Below are positions 24,257 through 44,812 of a stretch of 47,664 bases of DNA, one piece after another. Within the stretch, counting starts at the first letter, position 1, and each line of letters begins with the position of its first letter. The stretch comes from Hyphochytrium catenoides. Its lineage: Eukaryota > Protista > Hyphochytriomycota. The notes below the pieces were generated by a model. The model did not search any database. It was not told where the DNA came from and saw only the letters and a program-made list of their open reading frames with translations. Made by a program: the position numbers and the translations under genes. The stretch lies in the NCBI GenBank assembly GCA_900088475.1, contig FLMG01002058.1, positions 1 to 47,664 of the forward strand, read 5' to 3'.

Positions 24257-25788
24257 ATGTCTCTCTCTACTCTTCTGAGCTGGTGGTGCGGAAGTGAGTG
24301 GCGATGGAAACAGTGGTCTCCCGCGGAGAGAGAGTGCGTAGAAGAGAGCCTTCTCCTTGCTTGTCCTCTCCATTTCCTTCTCCTGCTTCTTTCTGTCCTG
24401 GGCATCTGGAGGCGAGTCCTAGATGCACGACACAGACGAGAACCACTCTTCCTCTCTGTTTGGCATGCGGAGAAGGAGAGACACAGAGCTGGAGAGCTCA
24501 TAATGTCTAGGAGAGAGGCGAAGAGAAAAGCCGAGACCTATCTTTCTCTCTTTGTCCTCCTTTGCATTATCGGGTCTCTTTATGGGTTGCTGCTCCTAGC
24601 AGAAGAGAGAGAGAGGGAACGAAGGGGAAACAGCGGTACCTTCCCTCCTTTCCTCCTGATATCAAGCATATTGATTATCTTCAGTCACACCGCTGTAGCC
24701 TTAGAGTCTCTTCTCCATGGTCATTCTCCTCGTGACCCAACATTCTGGGCCTCTCTCTCCCTGCTGGGTTGTCTCTCTTTCTACTGGAGAGAGAGAAAGG
24801 GAGAGAGAGAAAGAGAGGCCGTCTCTCTCTTTTTTCTAGGTGTCCATGTGGTTATCATTGCCATATGGCTGACTCTCTTCTTTCTCTCTCTGTCTCTACG
24901 AGCTCGCAAGCTATCGTGGACACAGCGCGGGAAGAACACGAGCAAGGATGAAGCGAGAGAATCATGGCAAACGGTGCCTCTTCTTGCAGAAGAAACTAGA
25001 AACGAAGAGACAGAAGAGAGAAGAGAGACAGAGAAAGAAGGAGAAGAGAGTATGAGATGGGAAGAGAATGCGAACTATCTGTCTCAGCTCTTTTACACCT
25101 GGATCTGGAGATTGTTATGGAAAGGCTATGGAGAGGGGAAACTGCAGCTGGAAGACCTACCACATTTAAGAAGAGAAGAGACGGCGAAGGCGGCAGTGAA
25201 AGACTTTCAGCGGACACTTTCTCTCTCTTCTCCCTCGTCGTCTCTTCTTCTTCTGCTCTATCGCTCTTTCAGCTGGACCTTCTGGAAGACAGGATTGGAG
25301 CTCGCGGTCTCCACCGTGGGTGCCATTCTGGTCCCTCTCTGTCTCGAGAACCTACTGGCTGAGCTCTCGAGCGAGGAGAGGAAGAGCAAAGAGGAGAGAG
25401 ATCTCTCTCTTGCTTATCTCTATGCTATCAGTCTTTTTCTCTCTTCTGTCTTTATGTCAGTCTTTGAGCACCGCTTCTGGATGAGCGGCGTGATCTGTGC
25501 GATGCAGTGCCAGAATGCTCTCTCGTTCAAAGTAATGGAGAAAGCGCAGGTAGGAATGGCATAAGTGACCAGGTGAAAGATATGGTACTGAAGGTTGAAA
25601 GAGGGAACGGGGATGGAAAGAGAGATAGCGGAGACCCAAGGAGGAATGAGGAGAGCATGAGCTTGAGCGAGCGCATGGAAAGAGAACGAGAAAGAGAGAG
25701 AGAGAGGAAGAGAGNNNNNNNNNNNNNNNNNNNNNNNNNNNNNNNNNNNNNNNNNNNNNNNNNNNNNNNNNNNNNNNNNNNNNNNNNN

Positions 25789-25823
<35 letters not shown>

Positions 25824-28800
25824 GAGACCTTGTAGATGGAGGGTGCTTCACTGCAATAAAGATTCCTATGTGTGGAGTCTACGGGCAAGCCGGGGGGGCT
25901 ATCATGGCCCTCAGCAAGGCTGTAGAGAGGGTTGGCAAGATTTAGCAATGTCAACTTGGCGATCCTTTTTCTTTGCCAGGACTGTTCGTCTCTAAGATTA
26001 GCTTCTCATCATTTCTCCTCTTGATCACCCTTCTCCATTGTCTATGTCTGCCTAGAACCTCACCATGCGTGCTCGCGCTGAGTATCCGCTGGGCATTGTC
26101 AGCAGCCTTCTCTCTTCCGACACGTCTTCCCTGCACAACTTTATCCAACTGGTGCATTGGGGCACGTGGTCAGCCTTGCTCTTCCTTTCTTTCGCACTGT
26201 ACAATCTCTGCAGACTTCTTGGCTGGGCAGCAGTGCCTGGCTTTCTTGTTCTGGTGAGAGGGAGCGCCAAGAGTAAAAATATCCTCACCAAGTCTCTTCA
26301 GTCCTTGCTTCCTTGGTTTGACTACTCGGTTTAACCACAGCAGCAGTCTGCCTATGTGTCTCTTCGTCTTTAAAGTTCTCTTTGTTCTCTCTCTCCCTTT
26401 CTCTCCTCTCTTACCCTTGGTACTTCCCTCCCACTAGCTATGTAGAGGCATGGGCGTCAATGTCCTAAGTATAAGGTGCTTCTTCATTTCTCTCTTCTTC
26501 TTTGTCTATCTGTCCCTAGGTCCTTTGCGGCGCAAGCGGTCTACTCTCCTCATCGCGAGTGAAGGCCCTAAACGAGTCAAGAATGGGAGAGAGAGACAGG
26601 AGAGCCAAGGTTCTCACCGACATCGTAGCTAATATCAAGGTCCGAACGGTTTGGAGTTCACTTATCTCTCTCATTCGTCTTTCTATTTTCCTGTCTTCTC
26701 CCTCTAGCTTTTTTTCTTTTCTTTTTACCCGTCTTCTCCCTCTAGCTTTTTTCTTTTGTCTTCTCGCTCTAGCTTTTTTTTCTGTCTTCTCCCTCTAGCT
26801 CCTGTTCTTCTCCTTCCCCATCCCTTCCTGGTACATCATCCACGAAGTACCTGCTTTTATAGTGTGAGACTGCATGGCCTGGTTTGTGTCCGTACGTACT
26901 CTCTGGCCTGGATTCATTGACAAGGGTGGTGTTAGGTGGGCATCGTCCAAGGCTCCTTGTCGCTTTCCCGTGTAAAAGAGGCGGTAGTCGATTGTTTTGA
27001 CCGTAATTTGTTCTGTCTTTCTCCCCTTCTCTTCTGAATTACTTCGTAGACAGTCAAGGCGTACAACTGGGAGCCGCTCTTCTTCTCACAAATCGAGAAG
27101 ACAAGAGATAGGGAGCTTCAGGGTCTCCGCTCTCGCGCTTATATATCGGCGACCTTTGATTTGGTGGCGCTTGCTGGTCAAGTCTTTTCTCTCTCTGTTT
27201 CCCTCGTCTTTTTCACTCTTCTCTACCCGGAACCTCTCACGGTCAGCGGCACTTTCGCCGCGATTGCGTGGTTGGATACTGCCAAGAGGCCAATAACCGT
27301 AATGCCTAGTGTAAGACGGAGGAGACGAATCGTACATGGACGTCGAAGGGAAGCGGGAGAATGTGTGAAAAAGAGAGAGAATCGATAAGAAGAGGGATCA
27401 AGGAGATGGGAGGAAGTAACAAGGTACATGAGATGGGTAACGGGAGAAGAGAAACAGCGTAAACATGGCCCTGCGCCGCTATGGCTACCAGGCAAAGAGA
27501 TACGGAAAGAACAGACCGGCAAAATGAACTAGAGATCAAGGTGGCTGGAGACGGGGATGCCGAATGAGAGGCGGGCCTCATATTCACCGTTGCCTTCTCT
27601 CTTTTTCTCAGGCAATCGCGAAGTGGCTGGACGTACGCACTTGTATCAGCAGGCTCGAGGCATATTTTCAAGCAGAAGAGATGAAGCCACAGTGGGAAGC
27701 AATGAACGAGACGGAGCAGAAGGAAGATTTGCTATGGACAAGAGAGACAGCGGTGCAAGGGAATGAAACTCCCGCCATTTCGGTCGTCAATACCTCTCTC
27801 CGGTGGGATGAGAACAAGAGATTCATCATTAAGGATTTCTCAATCTCAGTTCGACCAGGGACGTTTGTTGTCCTTGTTGGGCCAGTAGGAGCAGGTAAGC
27901 CCTCAATAGACGGAGACAGAAAGCGAACAAAAGAGAAAAGGACTAGGAAAAGCAGCGCTCGCACTCCATAATGCAACTGAGAACACATAAGACGGGTGAC
28001 TTTCCCTGGGAACATCTGCCACGCGGAAGGGGGATGCAGCTGGGTGGAGAGAGAGAGAGAGAGTTTTTAGCATCCTCTGGGAGTCGTTACCAAAAGAAAG
28101 AGAACTGCTACTGTGCGAACATTATGCACAATGAAGGAATAAGAGAGACTACCTCAGAGCTGAGATCATATAAAAGAGAGGAACAGAAACGCAGGGACAG
28201 GATGCGAAAGGGAACAGAGACAGGGAGTCCTTAAAACGGCTTTCTAACTTCTCCCCAGGGAAGACGACTCTTCTGAATGCGTTGGCCGGGGCTTTGAGAC
28301 CTGAAAGGGGAAAGATCACCTTGAGGGGAAAAATGGCATTTGTCCCAAAGGTACCATCTGTCTCTTCTCTCCCTCTTGCGCTCTCTCTCACCCCTCTTTC
28401 TCATTCGTATCTAACGCCGTCTAATCGCCTTTGGCTTTGTCAGCTTCACAACTGCCTCTCAAAGCAGCTTGTTTCTAATTGAAGCGATACCTGAAGCCAT
28501 AGCTACGTCGAGCATCTCTCATCTAGTGTCTCGGTCTTTCTAACTTCACCTCCTGTCGCTGTAATATGCCACGGGATCAGGACAACTGGCTACAAAGCGG
28601 AACTGTGCGCTCGAATATCCTCTTCGGCTGCCCGTTCCGCCCTTCCCTATATGAGGATGTCCTGGACTGTTGCGCGCTCAGGGAAGATCTTCGCCAGCTA
28701 GGGTCAGGAGACCTAAGCCGCGTAGAAGAGGGAGGGACAAAGCTCTCTGGAGGACAGGCCACAAGAGTTAACCTAGGTCACAATCCACTGGCATCCCCCT

Positions 28801-31800
28801 CTCTTCATCTTCTCTCTTGCTGTCGTACGCGTCTCACCTTTCTTTTTCCCTCTNNNNNNNNNNNNNNNNNNNNNNNNNNNNNNNNNNNNNNNNNNNNNNN
28901 NNNNNNNNNNNNNGCACTCTTAGCACTTAATTGGTCATTGGGCTTCGCACTTGCTGGTCTCTAATTCGTTTGTGTCCTTCCCTCGTCCTCTTTTGCCCCT
29001 TACTCACTGATTCTTCCTCTTCTGCTCAGCCCGAGCCTGCTACTCCTCGCCGGACATCGTTCTCTTGGATGATATCTTTGGCTCTTTGGACGCGGAAGTC
29101 TGCTTGCACATCTTTAGTCATTGTCTCGCTGGACTCCTAGGAGAATGCACTCGGTTCCTTGTCACTCATAATAGACAAATCCTCAGCAGAAGAGGTACGA
29201 GACGACAAGAAAGAGGAGAGAAAGAACAGAGAAGGGTCATGAAAGACAGAACAGCCAATAGAATAGAGGGTGTGTGAGAGAGAGAGAGCCACCCTCTAAG
29301 CGTTTTGCTAAGAAGGAGACAAGGGCTGGACTCTTGCTCTACTTGTCTTCATTATTGTTCCTGGGTCGAGCTTATGACTCTGATGTATCGCGTTTTGGCC
29401 TTCCGCAGAGACATAGAGCAAGCTCTTTTGGCGTTGTTTTTAGCTAACAAGCCTGCCCTCTCCTTGTCTGCATGTGTCCTTTCGGCTCCTCTTTTGGATG
29501 TCTCCCTAGAGATTGACTTAATCGTCTGTCTCAACAAGGATGGGAGCATTCGGGCCTGTGGCAGCTATGAGGAGATAGAGGCAGAGCTGCAGAATGTGGA
29601 GTTAGAAGCACCAGCGGAGATCCCAGAAGTAGGAACAGTCGATGAAGCAGCAGTGCCAGTGACAGAAGTAGCAGATGGGCAAGACGGAGAAAGTACATCC
29701 AGAGGGATTAAAGACACTGATGGAACGCTACTTCGCATAGACAGGGAACATGATGAGAAAGACTCTTCAACACATTGGACTAAGCAGAAGGAGGATGGAG
29801 AACAAAAATTTACATCCCTAGAGAAAAGGGAGACGCCCAAGAAAGGTGGCAAGGCTGAAAAAGGAGAGGTATCGAGCTCAGAAGAGAAGAACGAAGAAGA
29901 GGAGGAAGAAGAAGAGAGGGTCGAGGGTGGCGTGAAGATGTCTCTTCTATGGAGCTTCTTCCTCTCGTTCGGCAGTGCTTTTCTGGTCCTCACACTGTTC
30001 ATCATCTTCCTTCTAGAGCCATCTCTCTCTTTCTCCTCTGTCTACTGGTTAGGCTTTTGGACCCGGCACTATGGAGAGCACTCGAACACTTTTTTTCTCT
30101 TCGTATATCTCTTGCTGGGCATATCGCTTTGCCTCCTCAGTTGTCTGAGGGTTGTGATGTTTATCAAGTCAGTGCTTCCTCCCCTTCGTAGGATATACTC
30201 TCTCTAGCATCCTATCTGTGCGCGTTGAGACTAGCCTCTTACAAGCCTCCTCACACCTCTATTCGATACACTGTCCTAATGGTTCTCCTCTCTACTTCTT
30301 TCACCAAATGTTCTAGATACATCCATGCATCCTATTGAGATCGAAAGATTTTCTCTCTCTCCGGCTCTCTTCCCTACCTCTCCTTCTGTCTGTTGCCATT
30401 CTCATAACCCTTCCATTTGCTGTCACTACGGCGTTTAGGATTCTGTAGGAGTGTGGGTTTGCCAGAGCAATGCAGTGTGTAGCAATGCCTGCCTTTGTCT
30501 CCCTGCGCTCATCCTATTCTACTCCTAATCGCTCCTGTGACTCTCTCTTTCTCTCTCTCTTATCCAAGCACTATCTTACTCCTTCTCTCCCATCCATTTC
30601 CAGGGGCTCATTACAAGCTTCACGGTCCATTCATCGCCGGATGTTGTCCTCTCTCCTCGCTTCTCCCTGCTCCTTCTTTGACGCAACGCGCTCAGGGATA
30701 ATTCTCAACCGCTTCATCAAAGACCTTCAGGCAATAGACAACGCACTTCCCAACGTTCTGCAGGCTCTCTTCTCCTCGTTTCTAAAAGTAGTCACTGTCT
30801 ACGTATCACTTCTCTTTCTCTCTCCTTACCTTTCTCTCCTCCTTCTCCTCATTGTCCCTCCCTACTACCTCGTTGCTGCGTTCTACCGCGTGCCAGGCAG
30901 GGACCTAAGAAGACTGCAAGCTCTGTCTAGGTAAAGCTCTAGCACACTATAAGAGGGAGACTCTGCTCGTCGATTTTATAGAAAGCTCTCTTTCTTCCTT
31001 GCGTCTCTTTTCTCTCTAGCCCTTCTTTCAACAATTCTCCCTTACTCTCTTGGTCTGTCCCATCGTCATCCCTAGGTCCCCGGTCTATTCGCTCTTTGCT
31101 GAGATTTATCGCGGCTCTCACGTCATTCGCGCGTTCAAGAAGCAGGATCTCTTTGAGCGAGACTTTCTGTCTGCCCTCTCTATTGCTTCCCGTGGCCAAT
31201 ACTCCTCTTGGATTGCTAACCAGTGGCTCACCACCTGGTTGGAGATGCTAGGGGCGCTGGTCGTCCTCGCAGCAGCCTTAGGAGGGGTAGCGCTGGCTGA
31301 GAAAGAAGTAACAAGAGAAGGAAAATCGCAAGAAACAGCAATAGCCTTGACATACGTGGTACGCAGTGAAGAAAAATCGTCTCTTTCAACTTTTCTGTGC
31401 TTTGGCGTTCTTTTCCGATAGTCCTCATAGTCGTCCACAGAGCTAGCTTCCCTCTCTCTCAGGTTCTGACTAGGAATAGAGTCTCCAAGAGCCTCTTCTC
31501 TCTCTATGCCTCTTCCTGTCCTGTCAGTCTGTTCGGTCTCCTCAGACAGCGCTACAGCTATTTTGTTCGTCTTCTATTTTGTTAGGGGACAGCCATCCTT
31601 CCTAGTACAGCAGTCTCACCGTACTTCATCCTAACCCCATATACATCCTGCTTGTCTGTCTCTCTGTCTCTCTCTCTCTCTCCTCTTGCCCCAATCCCAT
31701 TCGCTTTGACAGGTGGGTCTTCCCTCTCTTGTCGGTTGGTTCGTTAAGTTCGTTGCCTACCTAGAGATTGAGATGGTGGCGCTGGAGAGAGTGGAAGGGA

Positions 31801-33354
31801 TTAGTTCTCTCCCTCCCGAGCGAGAAGAACTCAAAGAGACTTTGGAGGGAGCTTTGAAGAGAAGGGAAGAAATGAGACCTCTTCACCTTCTTCCCGGACC
31901 AGAGACAACGAGGAGAGAGAGAGATGATAATGGCAGGATCACCATTCAGGAGGTAGTTCTAGAGTACAAAGGAAATAGAGCATTGCATGGAATCAGTCTA
32001 GACATACCTTCAGGACAGAAGGTGGCGATCGTAGGAAGAACAGGAGCGGGAAAGAGCTCTCTCTTCTCGTCCTTGCTACTCTTCTACCCTCTTCAGTCAG
32101 GAGCTATCACTTTAGGTCCAAAGGAGATCCGCGATTGTAGGTTGCTCTCTTTCCAACGCACTCCCTGGCGTTCTCTCTCTCTTTCTCCTTTCTCTCCTTT
32201 GTTCTCTCTTTCTCTTTCTCTCCCACTGTCTCTCTATATACACCTCTCTGTGTCTTTCTCGTTCCCACCCACTTATTTCTATTGTCTTTCTGTACTTTCC
32301 ATCTCCATTTCTCATTGAACCTTCCAGCTTTTCCCCTGCTTTAGATCTGCTACCGCCAATCCTTTGCCCCGTCCCTGTGCTTCTCCTTACCTTTTCGTCT
32401 CCGGCACAAGAGCGGGAACTCTTCCTCTCTATCTTATTCTATCTTAGTTCTTCTACATCATCCGTCTTCCTCCTCGGGTCGGCAGCCTTTCTGTCTTTGA
32501 TACCTTAAACCTTATACCTTAGACCTTTCTTCTATCGCTCCGCTCTCTCTTCCTTTTCGTCTCCAGACTCGCTCGCAGAGCTCCGCCAACGGATACGCCT
32601 AGTCCCGCAGAGACCGTGGCTCTGGGGCAGAACCTTGAGAGAGAGTCTTCTTGGGGTTGACATGGAGCAAGAAGAAGAAATAACAATGACAAAAATGGAG
32701 TTAGCAAGAGCAGAGGGCGGCCCGGATGATGCTAAGCTATGGGAGGTCTGTACACTTCCATTGAGGCGGCACATGGCCTATCTTTTTGATCGTTTACATA
32801 GGCTATCTCACGCGCGCAATCTCTCTCTCTCTCTCTCTCTCTCTCCCTCCCTGTGTCTGCCTCTTTCGCTTGCCCTTTCCCTGCTATTACTTCTTACTCT
32901 GCCGCCAATCTCTCTTTCTCTCTCCCTTTCCCCTGCCGTCTGTTAGACCTTGCGCTCCATTGGAGCAGCCGACTTGGTAAGCCATCTGCCCCAGAAGCTG
33001 GAAACAGTGATGGAGGAGGGGGAACAGGTCTTTAGTTCAGGAGAACTCCAACTCCTCTCTCTCTCTCGAGCACTTCTCTCTCCTTGTTTTGACGTTCTCC
33101 TTTGCGATGAAGTCTCTTCTTCGGTGGACTATGAATATGACAGGCGGATCCAAGAAGTCCTTCTCTCTCTCTCTCAGACCGTTCTCTCTATCTGTCACCG
33201 ATTGCACTACGTCCTCGGGTACGATCGAGTGCTGGTGATGGATGCGGGACGAGTAGTCGAAGACGGCTCCCCTTCACTTCTTCTCGAGACGAAAGACAGT
33301 CACTTTGCCCGACTGTGGAAGCAACAGCAGACCCAGGAGGAGGGAGAAACGTAG
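24257..33354 (+). CDS. ABC transporter subfamily C (MRP-like; TMD0-TMD1-NBD1-TMD2-NBD2), about 14 exons
   Basis: Start MSLSTLLSWWCGSEW...CVEESLL (TMD0-like). L0: EENANYLSQLFYTWIWRLLWKGY...LEDLPHL. NBD1: GPVGAGKTTLL, LSGGQATRVNLARA, VLLDDIFGSLDAEV, LVTHN. TMD2: FFDATRSGIILNRFIKDL, SRSPVYSLFAEIYRG, EMVALERV. NBD2: GRTGAGKSSL, VPQ, FSSGELQLL, LLCDE, ICHRL. Stop TAG at 33352-33354. Confidence 0.93.
26693..26800 (+). repeat. Four-copy tandem repeat GTCTTCTC(C/G)CTCTAGCT(T)n inside an ABCC intron
   Basis: Copies start at 26693, 26731, 26758 and 26784, separated by T-rich spacers of variable length. Confidence 0.85.
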
Positions 33355-33414
33355 TGTTCACGGAAGAAACAGAGATGCGCTGCAGAGTAAAGGGACGTAA
33401 TAAAACAGACAGAA

Positions 33415-33450
33415 GGGGGAAGAGAGTGAGGAAAGAGAGAAGACAAAGAG

Positions 33451-33496
<46 letters not shown>

Positions 33497-33585
33497 AGAG
33501 AGAGAAGAGAGTGAGAGGGAGGGAGAGAGAGAGGCAGAGAGAGAGAGAGAGACAGACAGACAGACGGGAAGTAGAGATGGAGAGA
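33415..33585. repeat. (GA)n/(GACA)n compound microsatellite just 3' of the ABCC stop
   Basis: Long GAGAGA run followed by GACAGACAGACAGAC. Confidence 0.9.
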
Positions 33586-34471
33586 CTTTGTCAAATGCCT
33601 TGAGATGTTTAAGAGTAAGCTCATCAATGTCCGGGTACCGAGAAAGGGAGGCGGCCGATAGACACAGCTGAGGAGAAAGGAAGGGCTCTGAGAGCAATAC
33701 CATTGTAAAGCATCTATTCTCAAGGAGAAGGAGAAACCTATCTGTGGAAGGAAGTGACGACGTTAATGTCAGAAGGCTCAGTCGCTCCTCCAATCTCTCT
33801 TCCTATCCCCAGAAGTCTTCATCCACAGTCGCAGTGCTGTAGGATGGCTCTGATGGCGGTCTAATGCCTAAGTCTAGCGCCTATTGCAGTCTAAGACAGG
33901 GAAGGTCTGTTACTAAGGCCACCAGGCTCTGTCAGCAGGCCGTGGTGGGGCTAGCTCACCAGGACGTTAGCTGAACCTCTCTCCACTGCTAATATGAGCT
34001 AGATTGCGTGCTTATACCAAGTCTAAGTGCGGCTGTGAGAGTGATGGAGCACGACGCATCATGGGCTAAGAGCAGTGGCATCATAGCTGTCGATAGATCT
34101 TGAGCTGGGATTGGGAGTGATGGACGAGCTACGTATCTTATAGCACTGTAGAGCAAGGAGCGTCCCAAGAGACAGAGAGAGAAGATCCCCAAACACAAGG
34201 CGACGGGGTAACCTTCCATCCTAACGAGGTGTACCTATTCTCTCAATGGGCCAAGATCGTCCCACGCAACCACCGTCAGCCTGCGAAGCTGTAAGGAAGA
34301 AATGGTGGATGTAGACTGTTGTTGACTAATTCGCCGTTGGCTCATTAGAGAGCTCAGATCTGTCTACTGCGGCCTTCTTTTGGAAGAAGCTCCTTCTCCG
34401 CGGTGACTATTAACAAGTCCATCGCTTGCCTAGCAGCATTTCAGCAATGACTAATCAGCCATGAAGTGCCG

Positions 34472-34810
34472 TCAATGCTTAGTGGGGGTTTGCAGCTGAG
34501 CCCAGTGTAGGAGAGATCCAGCCAACATGTCCTTTGCTGCTGCAGTGCTTTGCTGTGAGTTGGCTGTGTAAACAAAAACGTCTTCCAGACAAACTCTTGG
34601 CCATTGAACGTCTTCAAGAAAGTCTGAGGTCTTCCCCAGCGGCGCCACTGGCGGTTCTAATCCATTAGCATCTGATCCTCGCCGGTAGACAGACGGAGGT
34701 AGAGCCCACTTATCTTTCTGGGATCCAAGAAGCAAGTCATTGAGCTCATCATTCCTAGTCTTCCCACCTGAAGCTTTCTTTATAGAATCAATAACCCATT
34801 CATCAGGCAA
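34472..34810 (-). CDS. Hypothetical 112-codon open frame downstream of alpha-tubulin
   Basis: Balanced, protein-like composition (PDEWVIDSIKKASGGKTRNDELNDLLLGSQKDKWALPP...). Preceded by TCTTAG, a possible acceptor, rather than an ATG. No family recognised. Confidence 0.2.
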   Translation of the reverse strand: MPDEWVIDSIKKASGGKTRNDELNDLLLGSQKDKWALPPSVYRRGSDANGLEPPVAPLGKTSDFLEDVQWPRVCLEDVFVYTANSQQSTAAAKDMLAGSLLHWAQLQTPTKH

Positions 34811-34966
34811 CTAAGATTGTCTTGACCTTCTAGAGATGACCAATTATGAGACTCGAACGTGCTATCGGGCCAATGACCATTCATGTTTGCTCTAGTGGAT
34901 GGAAGCAGGATGACATTATGATGAGACATAAGAACTAGCATAAGCATAAAGATTAAAGAGCAACAA

Positions 34967-34972
34967 TTTATT
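34967..34972 (-). other. Putative AATAAA polyadenylation signal of alpha-tubulin
   Basis: TTTATT on + (AATAAA on -) about 70 nt downstream of the tubulin stop, in an AT-rich 3' flank. Confidence 0.3.
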
Positions 34973-35044
34973 CATTGTCTTTTATCAGTCAAAGTCTACA
35001 CAAGCAGCAGAGGCCTGAGGCTCTGGCCGAAGGAGCGAAGTAGC

Positions 35045-36667
<1,623 letters not shown>

Positions 36668-38471
36668 NNNNNNNNNNNNNNNNNNNNNNNNNNNNNNNNN
36701 NNNNNNNNNNNNNNNNNNNNNNNNNNNNNNNNNNNNNNNNNNNNNNNNNNNNNNNNNNNNNNNNNNNNNNNNNNNNNNNNNNNNNNNNNNNNNNNNNNNN
36801 NNNNNNNNNNNNNNNNNNNNNNNNNNNNNNNNNNNNNNNNNNNNNNNNNNNNNNNNNNNNNNNNNNNNNNNNNNNNNNNNNNNNNNNNNNNNNNNNNNNN
36901 NNNNGTGGGTTTGATATAGGAAGAAGGGTGGATATGCAGGCAAATGTAGGCGGCTACTGCTGACACACAATAATAGTTAAACAGACACAATGATTTTGAT
37001 CAACTACCGCATAGTAACGCTCCAAAACCACAGATTCCGGTCAAACACACTACTTTTTGAGGATGGGTGGGCGATGGAGGGAGATTTGAATTTCGGAGGA
37101 TGGTTCGGTGGGCAGCGGTGGGAGGGGAGTGTGCTATTATTAGATCCAGTATAACACTATAGATAGCAATCGGGCTAGAGCATTACTACTGCCTAAGAGA
37201 ATGCCATAGAGTTTTCTAAAGAACCTCGCCAACCACTTCGTGTAGTAGTATCCCCCTTATCTAACAGAATAGACGCGGATAAAGCCCATATCCTTGAGAC
37301 TAGTAATACAGGATTGGCCATTTCAGTTACGATCCACATAAAGGCTATGCGAGCACGAATCTTACTACGACTTGATGTGTCTCTTTTTATTACCAGGTTA
37401 TGGCCAATGTGAGTAGATAGTATTATGGTCCTGGCTAAACGGCCGATTGCTGGCTAGGTTTGTTCAGGGGGCTCGGCAATATTGGGGTACGATTAGCTAT
37501 ACTATTAGAGCTATAAGGCCCTCTCCCAGTAAATTGTATGACCATGCTCAAATCGAGGCATTGATTCAAAACGTGGTGGTGTTCTTAGGAATAAAAGGGA
37601 TATGGTGAGTCAAATTATGAAGGGTCACAACCCTTCTCCCAAATTCGGGACAGTTCGTACAATAATATCTCTTCCCCCGTGCTTAGCTCTGCATGCGACC
37701 GCTGTTTTCTTTCTCTGTGTCGCGCCGATGGCATCAAATCTCTGTTGCTCTGCCCTTTGGGCCTTTGGCAACGGCATCGGCAGTTTTATCGGCAAATCTT
37801 CAGAATTCATCCATTGGTGAACGCCATGATCGTTCTAGCTTTTCTTTACCGGTGTTTATCAGATGAGAGCCTACAGGGGGCAGATTGGACTTTATTAGCC
37901 ATACCACTTGCGGTCACCCACTACGACTATCGTCTGTTCTCGATTCCTGTTGACGGGCCGATGATGCTCCTTCTGCCCTATGTTTTGTGACCTCTGTTAA
38001 CTAATGAGTCATTTCTTTGTTATCTTCCTGCTTTCTGACTGCTCATACCTGCCTTGTCAGCGTAGACTGAGCATGAGAAGCAACCTGGTTGACGCCCTGC
38101 CTGGCGAAGAGGAGCTATTCTCTGGAAGGTTATGTTCTTGACCAGGGACAGTTTATGTTAAATATCAACTCGCTTCTATGATAGCAGCACTTGAACACTA
38201 GGAATGAACAAGTAGCTGGAGGATACCGCCAGAGCAGAAACAGAGAGAGAGAAGAGATTTGACGGATTTCAAGATTAGATTGCAAGTTTGAGAATGAGCC
38301 AGTCTGAACCCGAGGTTCCTCGCTCCGGAAGAATCGAGCGTGTAGCCTCTTCCGGCTACAAGCTCTTGGATCATCAGGTTTGCGGTGCACAGATCGATTG
38401 GAGTACATCAAGGTGGTACAGCTTCAATAAAAGCAGAGAAATTAAATAAATATGACTTGGCAAAGGCCCGT

Positions 38472-44812
<6,341 letters not shown>

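Noticed and set aside
26693-26800. CRISPR-like repeat-spacer array
   Set aside because: The spacers are just short T-rich runs, the context is a eukaryotic intron, and there are no cas genes.
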